Source: Longimicrobiales bacterium
Lineage (GTDB): Bacteria > Gemmatimonadota > Gemmatimonadetes > Longimicrobiales > Gaopeijiaceae
Assembly: GCA_965219445.1 (NCBI GenBank)
Contig: CBDCNQ010000002.1
Location: forward strand, 128,001-192,000
Direction of reading: 5' to 3'
DNA length: 64,000 nucleotides
Both the position numbers and the translations under genes were made by a program. Below the pieces are notes generated by a model. That model saw only the letters and a program-made list of their open reading frames with translations. It did not search any database and was not told the DNA's origin. Position 1 is the stretch's first letter; every line of letters starts with the position of its first letter. Positions 30,576 through 41,221 of the stretch are shown here, piece after piece.

Positions 30576-31583
30576 TTGGAGCCCAAGGGGGGAAAAGTGA
30601 TCGTCGTTACCGGCGGTGCCGGCTTCATCGGATCGAATCTTATCGCGGAGCTCGAGGGCCGGGGCGAGACGGACATCGTCATCTGCGATCGGCTGCGACA
30701 AGCGGACAAATGGCGAAACATCAGTAAGCGTGAGCTAGCTGCGCTCGTGTTCCCCGAGCAGCTTCCCGAGTTCCTGGAACGGAACGCGTCCAGGATCGTG
30801 GCGATCTTCCACATGGGCGCGATCTCTTCGTCCCAGGAGACCGACGCCGACCTCATCGTTGCGACGAATGTGCATCTGTCGGAGAACCTCTGGCGGTGGT
30901 GTGCCGAGAAGGAAGTGCCGTTCGTCTACGCCTCGTCCGCTGCCACCTACGGCGACGGCTCGACCGGCTTCGACGACGACGGCTCAATCGCGGGCCTTTC
31001 ACGCCTCCGCCCCATGAATCCCTATGGGTGGAGTAAACACCTCTTCGACCGCAGGGTGGCGCGGTGGGTGACCGATGGAGTTACGGTTCCCCCGCAATGG
31101 GTGGGCCTCAAGTTCTTCAACGTCTACGGCCCCAACGAATACCATAAGGGCGCCATGCAGAGCTTGGTGTCGAAATCGTTTCCGGCGGCGGCGGCGGGCG
31201 ACCCCGTCAAGCTCTTTCGCTCACACGACCCCAATTATGCTGACGGCCGCCAGAGCCGGGATTTCGTGTATGTTCAGGACTGTGTCTCGGTGATGCTCTG
31301 GCTTCTCGACCACCCGGAGGTCTCCGGGCTCTTCAATCTCGGCACGGGCAAGGCGCGCGCGTTCTCGGATCTGATCGGGAGCATGTTCGCCGCGCTGAAC
31401 ATGGAGCCCAAAATCGACTGGATCGACACGCCGGCCGAGATCCGGGATAACTACCAGTACTTCACGCAGGCCGAGATGGGTCGCCTGAGGGAAGCCGGTT
31501 ATCACACGGAGTTCATGTCCCTCGAGGACGGCGTCGGAGCGTACGTGAGACTTTTCTTGGACACGGACGACCCCTACAGGTAA
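30576..31583 (+). CDS. hldD: ADP-L-glycero-D-manno-heptose 6-epimerase
   Basis: VTGGAGFIGSN, YASSAATYG, YGWSK, FFNVYGPNEYHKG, YQYFTQA. Confidence 0.93.
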   Translation: MEPKGGKVIVVTGGAGFIGSNLIAELEGRGETDIVICDRLRQADKWRNISKRELAALVFPEQLPEFLERNASRIVAIFHMGAISSSQETDADLIVATNVHLSENLWRWCAEKEVPFVYASSAATYGDGSTGFDDDGSIAGLSRLRPMNPYGWSKHLFDRRVARWVTDGVTVPPQWVGLKFFNVYGPNEYHKGAMQSLVSKSFPAAAAGDPVKLFRSHDPNYADGRQSRDFVYVQDCVSVMLWLLDHPEVSGLFNLGTGKARAFSDLIGSMFAALNMEPKIDWIDTPAEIRDNYQYFTQAEMGRLREAGYHTEFMSLEDGVGAYVRLFLDTDDPYR

Positions 31584-31590
31584 CCCTACG

Positions 31591-31634
31591 GGCAACCCAA
31601 CGCCTTCCGTTACGGTAACCCAACGCATTCCGTT
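31591..31634. repeat. Imperfect tandem repeat (23-bp period) between convergent genes
   Basis: GGCAACCCAACGCCTTCCGTT / GGTAACCCAACGCATTCCGTT. Confidence 0.6.
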
Positions 31635-31640
31635 CGGCTC

Positions 31641-33302
31641 TCAGGGCTTCGTCGCGGGACGTACGCCCAACTCTCGGGCCTGACCCATCAAACGAGCGTC
31701 CTGAGGAAAACGGGACAGTCCTTCTTGGACCGCCTCGAGGGCAAGGTTCGGCTGATCGAGTTGGATGTGACTCTGCGTCAAATAGACGTCACGGGCCGCA
31801 TCAGACGGGGGTAGGCCGGAGACGAGGGCCAAGGCCTCCTCCGATCTTTCGGCCATGAGAAGTCCGCGCACGAACGCGAGTTGAAGACGTAGTTCGTTGG
31901 GATTGAGGTCTATGGCCTGCTCAAGCCATTCGAGACCGCGATCTTGCTGCCCCGCGTCGATCAGGCGCATGCCCATCCACCACTGAGCTCGGAAGGCCTC
32001 GGGGTGCTCCTCGGCTAGCGTCATGAACACCGCCTCCGTGTCCCGCCAAGCGGCGTTCCTCGTCCACGTTCGTGCACCGCCGAGGACAAGGAGGAGAGTC
32101 ACCGCACCGACCGCGCTCCATCTCAGTCGAGGGGGTGATTCGCGCAGAAGCCCAACCCCATACTGTCCTGCGCCCACCGCCAGCAGGGATACACCCACCG
32201 ACGGAAGATAGAGTGTACGTTCCGCGATCCAGACGCCGACCGGGAATAGAACGTTCCCCACGACGGCGAGCGAAAGGGCGATCCATGCGATCCCAAGCAC
32301 TATCCACGGCGACCGCCGGAGGCTCGCGACCGCCAGCATCCCCATGGCCAGGAGCACCCCGCTCCCCACCCAGAAGCGGAGCGCTCCGATGCCCGTCGGA
32401 AGGATGACCCCGGGCCCGTAGTCCGCGACGAGGTCGGCTGGAAACAGGAAAAGCCGTGCGAACTCAGTGACGTTGGCTACGGCCGTGCTCAGCCGGAGCG
32501 AGGCCGGCAACGCCACGATGTAGGGCGCCGCATCCCGATGGACGAGTGTGCCGAGCACCTGGTGGCGAAGTGCCAGGTACAGAAGGAGGACGCCGGCGAG
32601 TGCCGCGAATAAGGGTAGCTGCGGAGAGAGCGCCGGAGCGCCGTGGATAGGATCACCATCCCCTGGGGCCTGCCCCGCCTGTCTGGCGCCGTGGGGGAAG
32701 AGCAGCGTGAGGATCACGAGCAAGGCGGGGAGCACGACTCCGCTCTCCTTTGCAGCGAGCGCCAGCGCATAGGCGAGCCCGACCAGACCCACGCGGATCC
32801 ACTCCGAGCGAAAGCGGTGGAGGTAGACCAGAGCGCCCGAGAGCACGAACAGAGCCATCAGGGCATCGCCCCGGCCCACCGAGTTGGCCACCGCTTCCAC
32901 GTGAACGGGATGGACCGCGAAGATGGCGCCTCCGAGGAGCGCGAGGAGAGGTGCCGCACCGAGCGTCGTCAGAAGGATCGTGACGAGGGCAGTATTGGCG
33001 GCGTGGAGCGCAACGTTGAACCCGTGAAAGGGAAGGGGGCTTCCGGACCCCATGCTCCAGTTGAGCGCATACGTGAGCGACGTCAACGGCCGATACGGGG
33101 ATCGTTGTGGGGGCACCCTTCCCCGATACGGCGAGGTCAGGATCTCGCCGGTATTCGCCAGACCGTGGACCGTCGTGTTTTCGACGATGTCACCGGTGTC
33201 GTCGAGAGCGAAGCCATTGCCGAGTGAGGGGAGGTAGACGACGAGCGACCATACCACGGCGATCACCGCGGCGCTCCGCGAAGACACGCGGACCTTGCCC
33301 AT
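31641..33302 (-). CDS. TMTC-like (DUF1736) membrane glycosyltransferase with TPRs
   Basis: ATG 33302 after AAGGAG; FALDD, YRPLT, HPVHVEAV, AKES, AERTLYLPS, RNAAW, C-terminal TPR-like helices. Confidence 0.8.
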   Translation of the reverse strand: MGKVRVSSRSAAVIAVVWSLVVYLPSLGNGFALDDTGDIVENTTVHGLANTGEILTSPYRGRVPPQRSPYRPLTSLTYALNWSMGSGSPLPFHGFNVALHAANTALVTILLTTLGAAPLLALLGGAIFAVHPVHVEAVANSVGRGDALMALFVLSGALVYLHRFRSEWIRVGLVGLAYALALAAKESGVVLPALLVILTLLFPHGARQAGQAPGDGDPIHGAPALSPQLPLFAALAGVLLLYLALRHQVLGTLVHRDAAPYIVALPASLRLSTAVANVTEFARLFLFPADLVADYGPGVILPTGIGALRFWVGSGVLLAMGMLAVASLRRSPWIVLGIAWIALSLAVVGNVLFPVGVWIAERTLYLPSVGVSLLAVGAGQYGVGLLRESPPRLRWSAVGAVTLLLVLGGARTWTRNAAWRDTEAVFMTLAEEHPEAFRAQWWMGMRLIDAGQQDRGLEWLEQAIDLNPNELRLQLAFVRGLLMAERSEEALALVSGLPPSDAARDVYLTQSHIQLDQPNLALEAVQEGLSRFPQDARLMGQARELGVRPATKP

Positions 33303-33562
33303 CGTAAGCTCCTTTCGGTCGTCCCGTTCAGCGGTCGTGGCAGGCGATTCCGATGGACCGCACCCAGGCGACCACGCCCCTCGAGGATCCTCACCTGGGA
33401 TCTTCAATCATCGCGAGGGAACCGCCACGGGTGCAATCGTTTTTTGGGAGGAGGAGAGCGTGGAGAGCCAGGTCTGACCTGTCCACCAGTCCCTTACCGC
33501 GTACATTCAGCGCCAACTCGGCTTCACCTCGACTGAACCTCCTCCAGGCCCAAGAGCTGCTC

Positions 33563-34687
33563 ATGACCGACTCCTCTCGCCGCGATTTCCTACGGACCCT
33601 GTGTATTGCCACCGCAGCGGCGGCGCGGCCCCGGCTAGCGTTCGCACAGGAAGTTCGGGTGCGAACGATCGCGGGCACGGGCGTGGCCGGATACGAGATG
33701 GAGGGCTCGGGCGGTCTTGTGGCTACGCGGACCCCCGTAAACAATCCATACGGCATCGTGGTCGGACCCGATGGAGCCCTCTATTTCTGCGAGGTGGATA
33801 CGGGGCGGACCCGGAGAATGGACTTGGAGACAGGGTGCCTCACCACCGTTTCCGGGAACGGTGAAGCTGCCTACTCGGGGGACGGCGGACCGGCACTCGC
33901 CGCGTCCTTTTCGGCACCACACGAGATCCGGTTCGACCGCGACGGCCACCTCTTCGTCGTTGAGCGCGATGCGCATGTAGTACGTCGTGTAGACGCACAG
34001 ACCGGACTCGTGTCTACCGTGGCAGGGACGGGCGAAGCCGGATTTTCAGGGGATGGCGGGCCGGCCGTGGCTGCTCAGCTGCGCCAGCCGCACAGTATCG
34101 CGTTCGTGGCGAACGGCGACCTGCTCATCTGCGACATCGGCAACGGGCGGGTTCGCAGCGTGGATATGGGGGACGGCACGATCTCGACCCTCTCCGGCAC
34201 CGGGGAACGCCAACCCACCCCCGATACCGCACCGCTCGAGGGCACACCGCTCAGGGGGCCGCGCTCGCTCGACACCGACCCCGCGGGTAACGCCTACCTC
34301 GTGCTTCGCGAAGGCAATGCCGTGTTCCGGCTCGACACCAGGGCGGGCCGGCTCCGTCGTGTCGCGGGTACCGGAGAGAGTGGCTTCACTGGGGATGGAG
34401 GTCCGGGAGGGATCGCGACCTTCAACGGACCCAAAGGGATCGCCTACTCGGCTTCCGATCATGCTCTGTACATCGTGGACACGGAGAACCATGCCATCCG
34501 CCGTTTGAATCTGGACACGGGCGTCCTCGACACGATCCTGGGCACCGGCGAACGCGGCGACGGCCCCGACGGCGATCCCATGCGGTGCAAGCTCGCCCGC
34601 CCGCATGGCGTGTTTGCGCACGAGGGTGTGTTGTACGTGACGGATAGTGAGAATCATCGCGTGCGGGCGCTGGAGGGAGTTCTCTGA
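33563..34687 (+). CDS. Tat-exported NHL-repeat protein
   Basis: SRRDFL twin-arginine signal; repeated AGTGxxGxxGDGGP and DTENHAIR. Confidence 0.85.
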   Translation: MTDSSRRDFLRTLCIATAAAARPRLAFAQEVRVRTIAGTGVAGYEMEGSGGLVATRTPVNNPYGIVVGPDGALYFCEVDTGRTRRMDLETGCLTTVSGNGEAAYSGDGGPALAASFSAPHEIRFDRDGHLFVVERDAHVVRRVDAQTGLVSTVAGTGEAGFSGDGGPAVAAQLRQPHSIAFVANGDLLICDIGNGRVRSVDMGDGTISTLSGTGERQPTPDTAPLEGTPLRGPRSLDTDPAGNAYLVLREGNAVFRLDTRAGRLRRVAGTGESGFTGDGGPGGIATFNGPKGIAYSASDHALYIVDTENHAIRRLNLDTGVLDTILGTGERGDGPDGDPMRCKLARPHGVFAHEGVLYVTDSENHRVRALEGVL

Positions 34688-34793
34688 AGGGGTTCTATCG
34701 CGCCGCATTCACGGACTTCTATGGCGGGTTGTGACGGCAAGATCGCAATTCAGACGTTCGCCGCGATGGTCGAGGAGAAGTAGGACAGCCCCC

Positions 34794-35570
34794 TCAATCA
34801 CCTCCACCGAACATGTTCGACAGCGTCCCGATTCCGTCGATGTGGATATCGACCGTGCTACCCAGCTTCATCGGGAGCGCCCCCAACGAGGTTCCGCAGG
34901 TGATGATGTCCCCAGGGAGGAGCGTCATACCACGGGCGATCCTCTGGACCAGTTCGAGCGGGGAGAAGAACATGTCACTCACGGGATAGTCCTGCCGAAC
35001 CTTACCGTTCAGCTGGGACGTGACTTGAAGCGACTGCAGGTCGAGGTCCGTCGCGATCACCGGCCCGAACGGCGTGAACGTGTCGAAGCTCTTCGCGCGG
35101 CTCCACTGGGCGAACGAGGGATCCTCGGTGATGATGTCGAGGGCGGTCGCGTCGTTGACGCACGTGTAGCCGAGGACGTGGTCGCCGACGTCCTGCATCG
35201 AGACGTCTTTGCAGCGCTTGCCGATCACGACCCCGAGCTCGCCCTCGAAGATCACCCTGCCCTCGTAGGTCTCCGGTCGGACGATGGTACCGCCCGGGGC
35301 GAGGATACCGGAGACGGGCTTGTAGAAATAGAGAGGCTCCGGGGGCTGGTCCAAACCGTTCTTGGCCGCCGCGGCGCCAAAGTTGTTCCACAGTCCGATT
35401 ATCTTCGTGGGCAGGCACGGGGTCAGGACCTCGACCGAGTCCATAGGGATGGTTTCGGACGTGGGCTTCGGTCCGTTGAACATGTCGCCCGTGTGAACGG
35501 AGATCTGCCCGTCGTCAAGGGTGCCAAACTTGATATCCTCGTTGTGTTTAGCACGAATCCATTGAGTCAT
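34794..35570 (-). CDS. Fumarylacetoacetate hydrolase family protein
   Basis: FEGELGVVIG, GYTCVND, RAKSFDTF, LLPGDIITCGT. Confidence 0.9.
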   Translation of the reverse strand: MTQWIRAKHNEDIKFGTLDDGQISVHTGDMFNGPKPTSETIPMDSVEVLTPCLPTKIIGLWNNFGAAAAKNGLDQPPEPLYFYKPVSGILAPGGTIVRPETYEGRVIFEGELGVVIGKRCKDVSMQDVGDHVLGYTCVNDATALDIITEDPSFAQWSRAKSFDTFTPFGPVIATDLDLQSLQVTSQLNGKVRQDYPVSDMFFSPLELVQRIARGMTLLPGDIITCGTSLGALPMKLGSTVDIHIDGIGTLSNMFGGGD

Positions 35571-35852
35571 GACATTAACCTCAATGTGTGTCCCGCATCA
35601 GTGATCCTCATGGTCTCTCGCTCGTCGTAGGCGCACGCACCCTCACCTTCGTCCCACGGTAAGCTGGGAAATAATTAGTCCGACGCAACAAGGCGGGCCG
35701 TCTGGTTATGAGGTGGGTGGCGGTGGGCCCGCCGCTGAGGCGCGCGCTGGCGGGTGCCTTCGGGACCCTACTAAGATGGGCTGTTCGAACACGCCTTGTC
35801 TGCGCCAACTTCGAGGCCGAGACATTTTACGGCACCCCACCAAGAGAGGAGA

Positions 35853-37388
35853 ATGAATGTGGCCGACGCACAAACCATTCGAGCGTTTCTCGACAGAGCC
35901 GACGGCGCGTCTCCAGCGATCGGAGCGCCGGGCCGGGCCTACCTCGACTACGCAGGACTCGCCGAACACGTGGATGGCACCGTCTCTTCCCTGAACGAGC
36001 TGGGGCTCGGCCGCGGTGACCGCGTCGGCATCGTATTGCCGAATGGGCCGGAGATGGCGTCGGCGTTCGTGTCGCTTGCTGCCGGGACCACTACGGCGCC
36101 GCTCAACCCAGGCTACCGCCGCAAGGAGTACGACTTCTACCTGGAAGATCTGGGAGCGAAGGCTCTGATCGTCGAGGCGGGGAGCGAGTCCGAGTCCGTG
36201 GACAGCGCACGAAGCCTGGGCATCTCTGTGTTTGAGCTGCGTGTACCCGAGGGCGCACGGGCCGGGCAGTTCGAGCTCGAGCCCGATCCGGATGTCGAAC
36301 TCGGCCCGACTGTTTCGCCGGGACCCGCTGAGCCCGATGATGTGGCACTCGTGCTCCATACCTCCGGAACCACGTCGCGCCCCAAGATCGTCCCTCTCCT
36401 GCACCGAAACGTGTGCGCGTCGGCCAAGAATATCCGGACCACGCTCAGCCTGACGCCCGAGGACCGCTGCATGAACGTCATGCCGCTGTTCCACATCCAC
36501 GGGCTCATGGCGCCGGTCCTCTCGTCACTCTCCGCGGGCGCCTCGGTGGCGTGTACCCCGGGCTTCAACGCGCTCAAGTTCTTTTCATGGCTCGACGAGA
36601 TTGAGCCCACCTGGTACTCCGCCGTACCCACGATGCATCAGGCGCTCCTGTCTCGGGCGGGGCGCAACGAGGAGTCCGTCGCGCGCGCGCGGCTGCGATT
36701 CATCCGCTCCTCGTCGGCGTCTTTACCGCCCCAGGTCCTGGGCGAACTCGAGGAGACGTTCGGGGTGCCGGTCGTCGAGGCCTACGCCATGACCGAGGCC
36801 GCGCATCAGATGACATGCAACCAACTTCCCCCCGGTGTGCGCAAGCCCGGGACGGTAGGGCCGTCAGCGGGTCCCGAGGTCTCGGTGATGGACGCGGAGG
36901 GCAACCTGCTCGAGCCCGGCGGCGTGGGTGAGATCGTCATTCGCGGTCCGAACGTGACTCCCGGCTACGAGAACAACCCCGAGGCCAACGCTACGGCCTT
37001 CACCAACGGGTGGTTCCGGACCGGCGATCAAGGCGTCATGGACGAGGACCGCTACGTTACGCTCACCGGCCGACTCAAGGAGATCATCAACCGGGGAGGC
37101 GAGAAGATTTCACCGAAGGAGGTCGACGAGGTCCTCATGGATCACCCGGCGGTGCAGCAGGTCGTGACGTTCGCCGTTCCCCACGACAAGCTCGGTGAGG
37201 AGGTCGGCGCGGCCGTCGTGCTCCGTGAGGGTGCCGAAGCGACGACCGGCGAGATTCGTGACTTTGCCGCTGAACGGCTGGCCGCCTTCAAGGTTCCACG
37301 CACCGTATTGGTGCTTGACGAGATCCCAAAGGGCCCCACCGGCAAGCTGAGGCGCATTGGGCTCGCGGAGCAGCTGGGCCTCCCCTGA
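35853..37388 (+). CDS. Acyl-CoA synthetase, oxalate--CoA ligase type
   Basis: ATG 35853 after GAGAGGA; LHTSGTTSRPK, PLFHIHGL, WYSAVPTMHQ, EAYAMTEAAHQM, RTGDQG, KGPTGKL. Confidence 0.85.
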   Translation: MNVADAQTIRAFLDRADGASPAIGAPGRAYLDYAGLAEHVDGTVSSLNELGLGRGDRVGIVLPNGPEMASAFVSLAAGTTTAPLNPGYRRKEYDFYLEDLGAKALIVEAGSESESVDSARSLGISVFELRVPEGARAGQFELEPDPDVELGPTVSPGPAEPDDVALVLHTSGTTSRPKIVPLLHRNVCASAKNIRTTLSLTPEDRCMNVMPLFHIHGLMAPVLSSLSAGASVACTPGFNALKFFSWLDEIEPTWYSAVPTMHQALLSRAGRNEESVARARLRFIRSSSASLPPQVLGELEETFGVPVVEAYAMTEAAHQMTCNQLPPGVRKPGTVGPSAGPEVSVMDAEGNLLEPGGVGEIVIRGPNVTPGYENNPEANATAFTNGWFRTGDQGVMDEDRYVTLTGRLKEIINRGGEKISPKEVDEVLMDHPAVQQVVTFAVPHDKLGEEVGAAVVLREGAEATTGEIRDFAAERLAAFKVPRTVLVLDEIPKGPTGKLRRIGLAEQLGLP

Positions 37389-37451
37389 TGAGCGAATTGG
37401 GGCAGGACGCTGAGCGCACGCCGATGAGGGTTTGCTGATGAAGGCACGCCG

Positions 37452-38441
37452 ATGAAGATCTGTATCTACGGCGCGGGCGCGATCGGAGGCTACCTGGGGG
37501 TGCAGCTCGCCCTGGCGGGCGAGGACGTCACGTTGATCGCACGGGGACCCCATCTGGAGGCCATGCAAAAGGTCGGGCTGAAGCTCCTCATCGACGGTGA
37601 GGAGCGCGTGGTGCATCCCGCGTGCACCAGCGATCCGTCCGAAGCAGGTCCCCAGGACTATGTGATCGTCACCCTCAAGGCCCATTCCGCTCCGGCTGTC
37701 GTCACACCCATGCAGGCCCTGCTCGGCCCCGAGACTGCCGTGGTGACCGCCATGAACGGTGTGCCCTGGTGGTACTTCTACCGGGTGGAAGGAGAGTGGA
37801 CGAACCACCGGCTCGAAAGCGTCGACCCCGGCGGGGTTCAGTGGGACGGGATCGGGCCCGAGCGCGCGATCGGATGCGTGGTCTATCCGGCCACCGAAGT
37901 GGTCCAGCCCGGCGTGATCCGACACATCGACGGCAACCGGTTCGCGCTCGGCGAGCCTTCGGGGGAGAAGAGCGAGCGCGTCCAGGGCCTCGCCGGTGCG
38001 CTCATCTCGGCCGGATTTCGGTCTCCGATACGCCGAATCCGAGACGAGATCTGGATGAAGCTTTGGGGCAACCTCTGCTTCAATCCCATCAGTGCGCTCA
38101 CGTTGGAGACCCTCGACGTGGTCGCCACCCAGGCGGGCACCCGAGGCGTCTCAAGGGCGATGATGTTGGAAGCCCAGGCAATCGGCGAAAAGCTGGGCGT
38201 GCGCTTCTCGGTCGACGTCGAGAAGAGGATGGACGGAGCCGCCGCCATCGGGGCGCATCGCACCTCGATGCTGCAGGATCTTGAGCGGGGGCGACCCATG
38301 GAGATCGACGCGCTGGTCACCGTGGTCCAGGAGATGGGGCGTCTGGTCGAGGTGGCGACCCCGACGATCGACGTGGTGCTGGCCCTGGTCCAACAGCGGG
38401 CCCACGAGGCGGGCCTCTATAATTATCGTTCCGAGCCCTAG
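37452..38441 (+). CDS. Ketopantoate reductase family (PanE2/oxalyl-CoA reductase-like)
   Basis: GAGAIGG, NGVPWWYF, KLWGNLCFNP, SMLQDL. Confidence 0.85.
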   Translation: MKICIYGAGAIGGYLGVQLALAGEDVTLIARGPHLEAMQKVGLKLLIDGEERVVHPACTSDPSEAGPQDYVIVTLKAHSAPAVVTPMQALLGPETAVVTAMNGVPWWYFYRVEGEWTNHRLESVDPGGVQWDGIGPERAIGCVVYPATEVVQPGVIRHIDGNRFALGEPSGEKSERVQGLAGALISAGFRSPIRRIRDEIWMKLWGNLCFNPISALTLETLDVVATQAGTRGVSRAMMLEAQAIGEKLGVRFSVDVEKRMDGAAAIGAHRTSMLQDLERGRPMEIDALVTVVQEMGRLVEVATPTIDVVLALVQQRAHEAGLYNYRSEP

Positions 38442-38507
38442 GGCACCGAAGGCACGACTGCACTCGAAAGCCCTGGTACCCCAACGTGCGATGCCTGCTA
38501 GCCGAAC

Positions 38508-40016
38508 CTACCCGCCGAAGCTCGGCACCAAGAGCGTCCAGTAGATCAGAATCAGCGTCATCGCGGTGAACACCACGAGGCTGGTCCAGCCGAACCAGCG
38601 TGCGAAGGTCGACGGATAGAACGCCCGGTCCTGCCGTGGGATGATGACCAAGCAGTAGTAGAAGTTCAGAAAGAAGATCACCGGCGCGACGAACGCCGCC
38701 AGCGCCGAGGCCACAAGCACCAGGAAGACGGGACGTTCGAGACCCGCCACGATGAGCGTTGAAGTAACGAGGGAATACAACATGGTCACACGGTAGATGT
38801 TGTACTCCGAATACCACGTCGCACGATGGGCTGCGGTCAGGCCGTCGTGGTCGATCCCGCTGAGCTCCGCCGTACCGCGGAACAGATTGCGGGAGCACGC
38901 GCCCACGATCCGGGGCCAACCGTCGAAGTAGTTGAAGGCTGTCGAGAACGTCGCCGCGAACGCACCCAGCATGAACACGGACATCATCCCGGGGCCGAGG
39001 CTCTGCGTGAAGATGCCCGCGATCTCACCCATGACTGCTCGGCCCTCGACCGGGTTCGGGTAGAGCCATACGGCTGCCAGAAGAAGGAAAATGCACGCCA
39101 GCACGAAAGAGACCACGTGACCCTGGCGGAAGTCCCAGATGCCGATCTTGAACCACTTCTGGCAATACTCCTGAGCGTTCGCCGGAAGCTTGGACGTATC
39201 GACGGAGAGATCGTTCCGGTTCGGATTGAACGGATCGAAACGGTTGGCGAGACCCATGTTCTCCATCCGATCGCGAATCTTACTCATGCCTTTCTTCTTG
39301 GCCTTGCCCCACTCGGAGGCCTGAAGCGATACGTCCATCCCGGTGGGTAACAGCCCGAGGAACGCAGCGATGATCAACCAGGACCCATCCGGGATCTCTA
39401 CCAGGAAGAAGTGGCCCATCTCGGAGAGCGGGGCAGGCGCCACGAAGTACACGGCCAGCGTCGAGAACACGAGAATCGCGGCGAGGATCTTCGCGGCGAG
39501 CTCGACCGCCTTGTAGCGGCCGCGCAGGATGATCGCTACGGAAACCACGGCCAGGATCAGGCCGTACATCGTGAGCGAGATCGGTAGCCCCATCGCCTCG
39601 GTGCCCACGTAGTACAGGACGGCCGCAGCGGCAATGAGGCGACCCGCTTGTCCCAGAGCGCACTGGATCAGAGTCGTGATCAACACATACCAGAGCGGCC
39701 ACTTCTTCCACGCCGTGCTGTACGCCTCGATCATGCTCTTCCCGGTCGCATTGGTGAAGCGGAAAGCCATCTCGAAGCCGTAATACTTGAACACGTACGC
39801 GACCGGGACGCACCACAGCAGCGCATACGCGAAGCGACCCCCCGCGGTGGGCGCGGTGACCAGGTGACTGGTGCCGATCCCGGTCATCATCAAAATGACC
39901 CCGGGACCGAAGTGGCTCATCAGTCCCTTGAGGGTCATGTCGGGCATCTCCAGGTCGGAGAATGTCTCATCAACTACAGGAATCGTCTCGGGCAGACTGC
40001 TCGGGTGGGAGTCCAT
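38508..40016 (-). CDS. Nramp-related membrane transporter
   Basis: GPGVILMMTGIGTSHLV, RFTNATG, multiple TM segments. Confidence 0.75.
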   Translation of the reverse strand: MDSHPSSLPETIPVVDETFSDLEMPDMTLKGLMSHFGPGVILMMTGIGTSHLVTAPTAGGRFAYALLWCVPVAYVFKYYGFEMAFRFTNATGKSMIEAYSTAWKKWPLWYVLITTLIQCALGQAGRLIAAAAVLYYVGTEAMGLPISLTMYGLILAVVSVAIILRGRYKAVELAAKILAAILVFSTLAVYFVAPAPLSEMGHFFLVEIPDGSWLIIAAFLGLLPTGMDVSLQASEWGKAKKKGMSKIRDRMENMGLANRFDPFNPNRNDLSVDTSKLPANAQEYCQKWFKIGIWDFRQGHVVSFVLACIFLLLAAVWLYPNPVEGRAVMGEIAGIFTQSLGPGMMSVFMLGAFAATFSTAFNYFDGWPRIVGACSRNLFRGTAELSGIDHDGLTAAHRATWYSEYNIYRVTMLYSLVTSTLIVAGLERPVFLVLVASALAAFVAPVIFFLNFYYCLVIIPRQDRAFYPSTFARWFGWTSLVVFTAMTLILIYWTLLVPSFGG

Positions 40017-40126
40017 GGTCTGTGGGTTGACGCTCTTTCTGGAGGAGCCGGCTCAGGGGACGCGCGAGGCACCATATTGCGCCATGGTCGAATGGCAGGC
40101 AATCTCTGAGGAGAATCCCCACAGGC

Positions 40127-41221
40127 TCACGGGAGCCACAGCTCGGGATTTTCGAAGAACGTCGAGAAGGCGAACCAGAACGACACGTAGGCCTCGGGGA
40201 TCATCGCGAGCCTCTGACCCGTTAGGGAGCCCGAAAGCGCTCTCCCCTCGAGACTCCACTCGCTCTCCGTTTCCACATCCACGAAGGCGCCGTTCCTCGC
40301 CTCGAAGGTCAGCATCTGGCCACCGGCCGATGGCCGATACGCCATCGCCGCGGACGCCTCGCTGTCCCAGAATACGACGATCGGCTCCTGGCCGTCGCCG
40401 GTCTCGTGGATCGCCGTGAGGTCACCGGCGTCGCGGAGCGCACCGAAGGGGAAGGCGAGCCCTCCTCCATTTTCGAAGGGAATCCCCAGCACGCGCTCCT
40501 TCGGAGCTCTCCGGGGATCGAACTCGTCTTGAGGGAAGAGCGTGAGGGAGTTGGTCTCGACTTCGTAGTTCCCATACGGATACCTGGTGTAGGTTCTCGA
40601 GAATCCGGTGTCCTCGCTCAGGACCCGCGTGTCGGGATGGAGCGCCACCCAATCTTCCCATTCGATCTCCAAGGCCGGAACCATCTCCAACTCCCGACCC
40701 TCCGCGGGGCCGCAGCGCCCTCCGGCCAACATCTGTGGCCACAAGGACTCGGCCACGCCAGAGGGGGAGCGGTCCACCATCACCAGATTGTTATTGAAGA
40801 GAAGCCCAGACACGCCGAATTCTGCTCCCTCGGCCGCCCCGCGGTCGAAGACCATGCTGGACCCGGTGAGGGGGCAATACGTGACGGCAAGACCGACGTC
40901 GTTCAAATTCACGATCTCATGCCACCAGAGAATGTTGTGCGGGACGGCTATGTATTCGCCCGCGACTTCGAGACCGATCACCCGGTCGGTGCCGAGTAGG
41001 TAGTCGGTCTCGGGATCACTCACCGCGACCAGCCTGGGATCTGAAAGTGCGGGAATTCCATCCCTTGCCGCCCCCGAGATGAGCCCAATCTGCAGTTCCT
41101 GGCACAGCGCGGTCATCGTTTCGCCCGGTAACGTCCCCCCATCACCACATGCCGAAATGCCGACTGTGGCCAAAATCAGGATGGGCAAGGGGAAGCGAAA
41201 TCCACCGGATCTATTGGGCAT
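40127..41221 (-). CDS. DUF3179 family lipoprotein
   Basis: ATG 41221 after AGGAGG; ISAC lipobox, DGIPAL, WHEIVN, TYCPLTGS, FGVSGLL, SFWFA. Confidence 0.82.
   Translation of the reverse strand: MPNRSGGFRFPLPILILATVGISACGDGGTLPGETMTALCQELQIGLISGAARDGIPALSDPRLVAVSDPETDYLLGTDRVIGLEVAGEYIAVPHNILWWHEIVNLNDVGLAVTYCPLTGSSMVFDRGAAEGAEFGVSGLLFNNNLVMVDRSPSGVAESLWPQMLAGGRCGPAEGRELEMVPALEIEWEDWVALHPDTRVLSEDTGFSRTYTRYPYGNYEVETNSLTLFPQDEFDPRRAPKERVLGIPFENGGGLAFPFGALRDAGDLTAIHETGDGQEPIVVFWDSEASAAMAYRPSAGGQMLTFEARNGAFVDVETESEWSLEGRALSGSLTGQRLAMIPEAYVSFWFAFSTFFENPELWLP

Noticed and set aside
40127..41221. Selenoprotein candidates (DUF3179; also TlpA at 8382)
   Set aside because: No in-frame TGA; the Cys codons are ordinary
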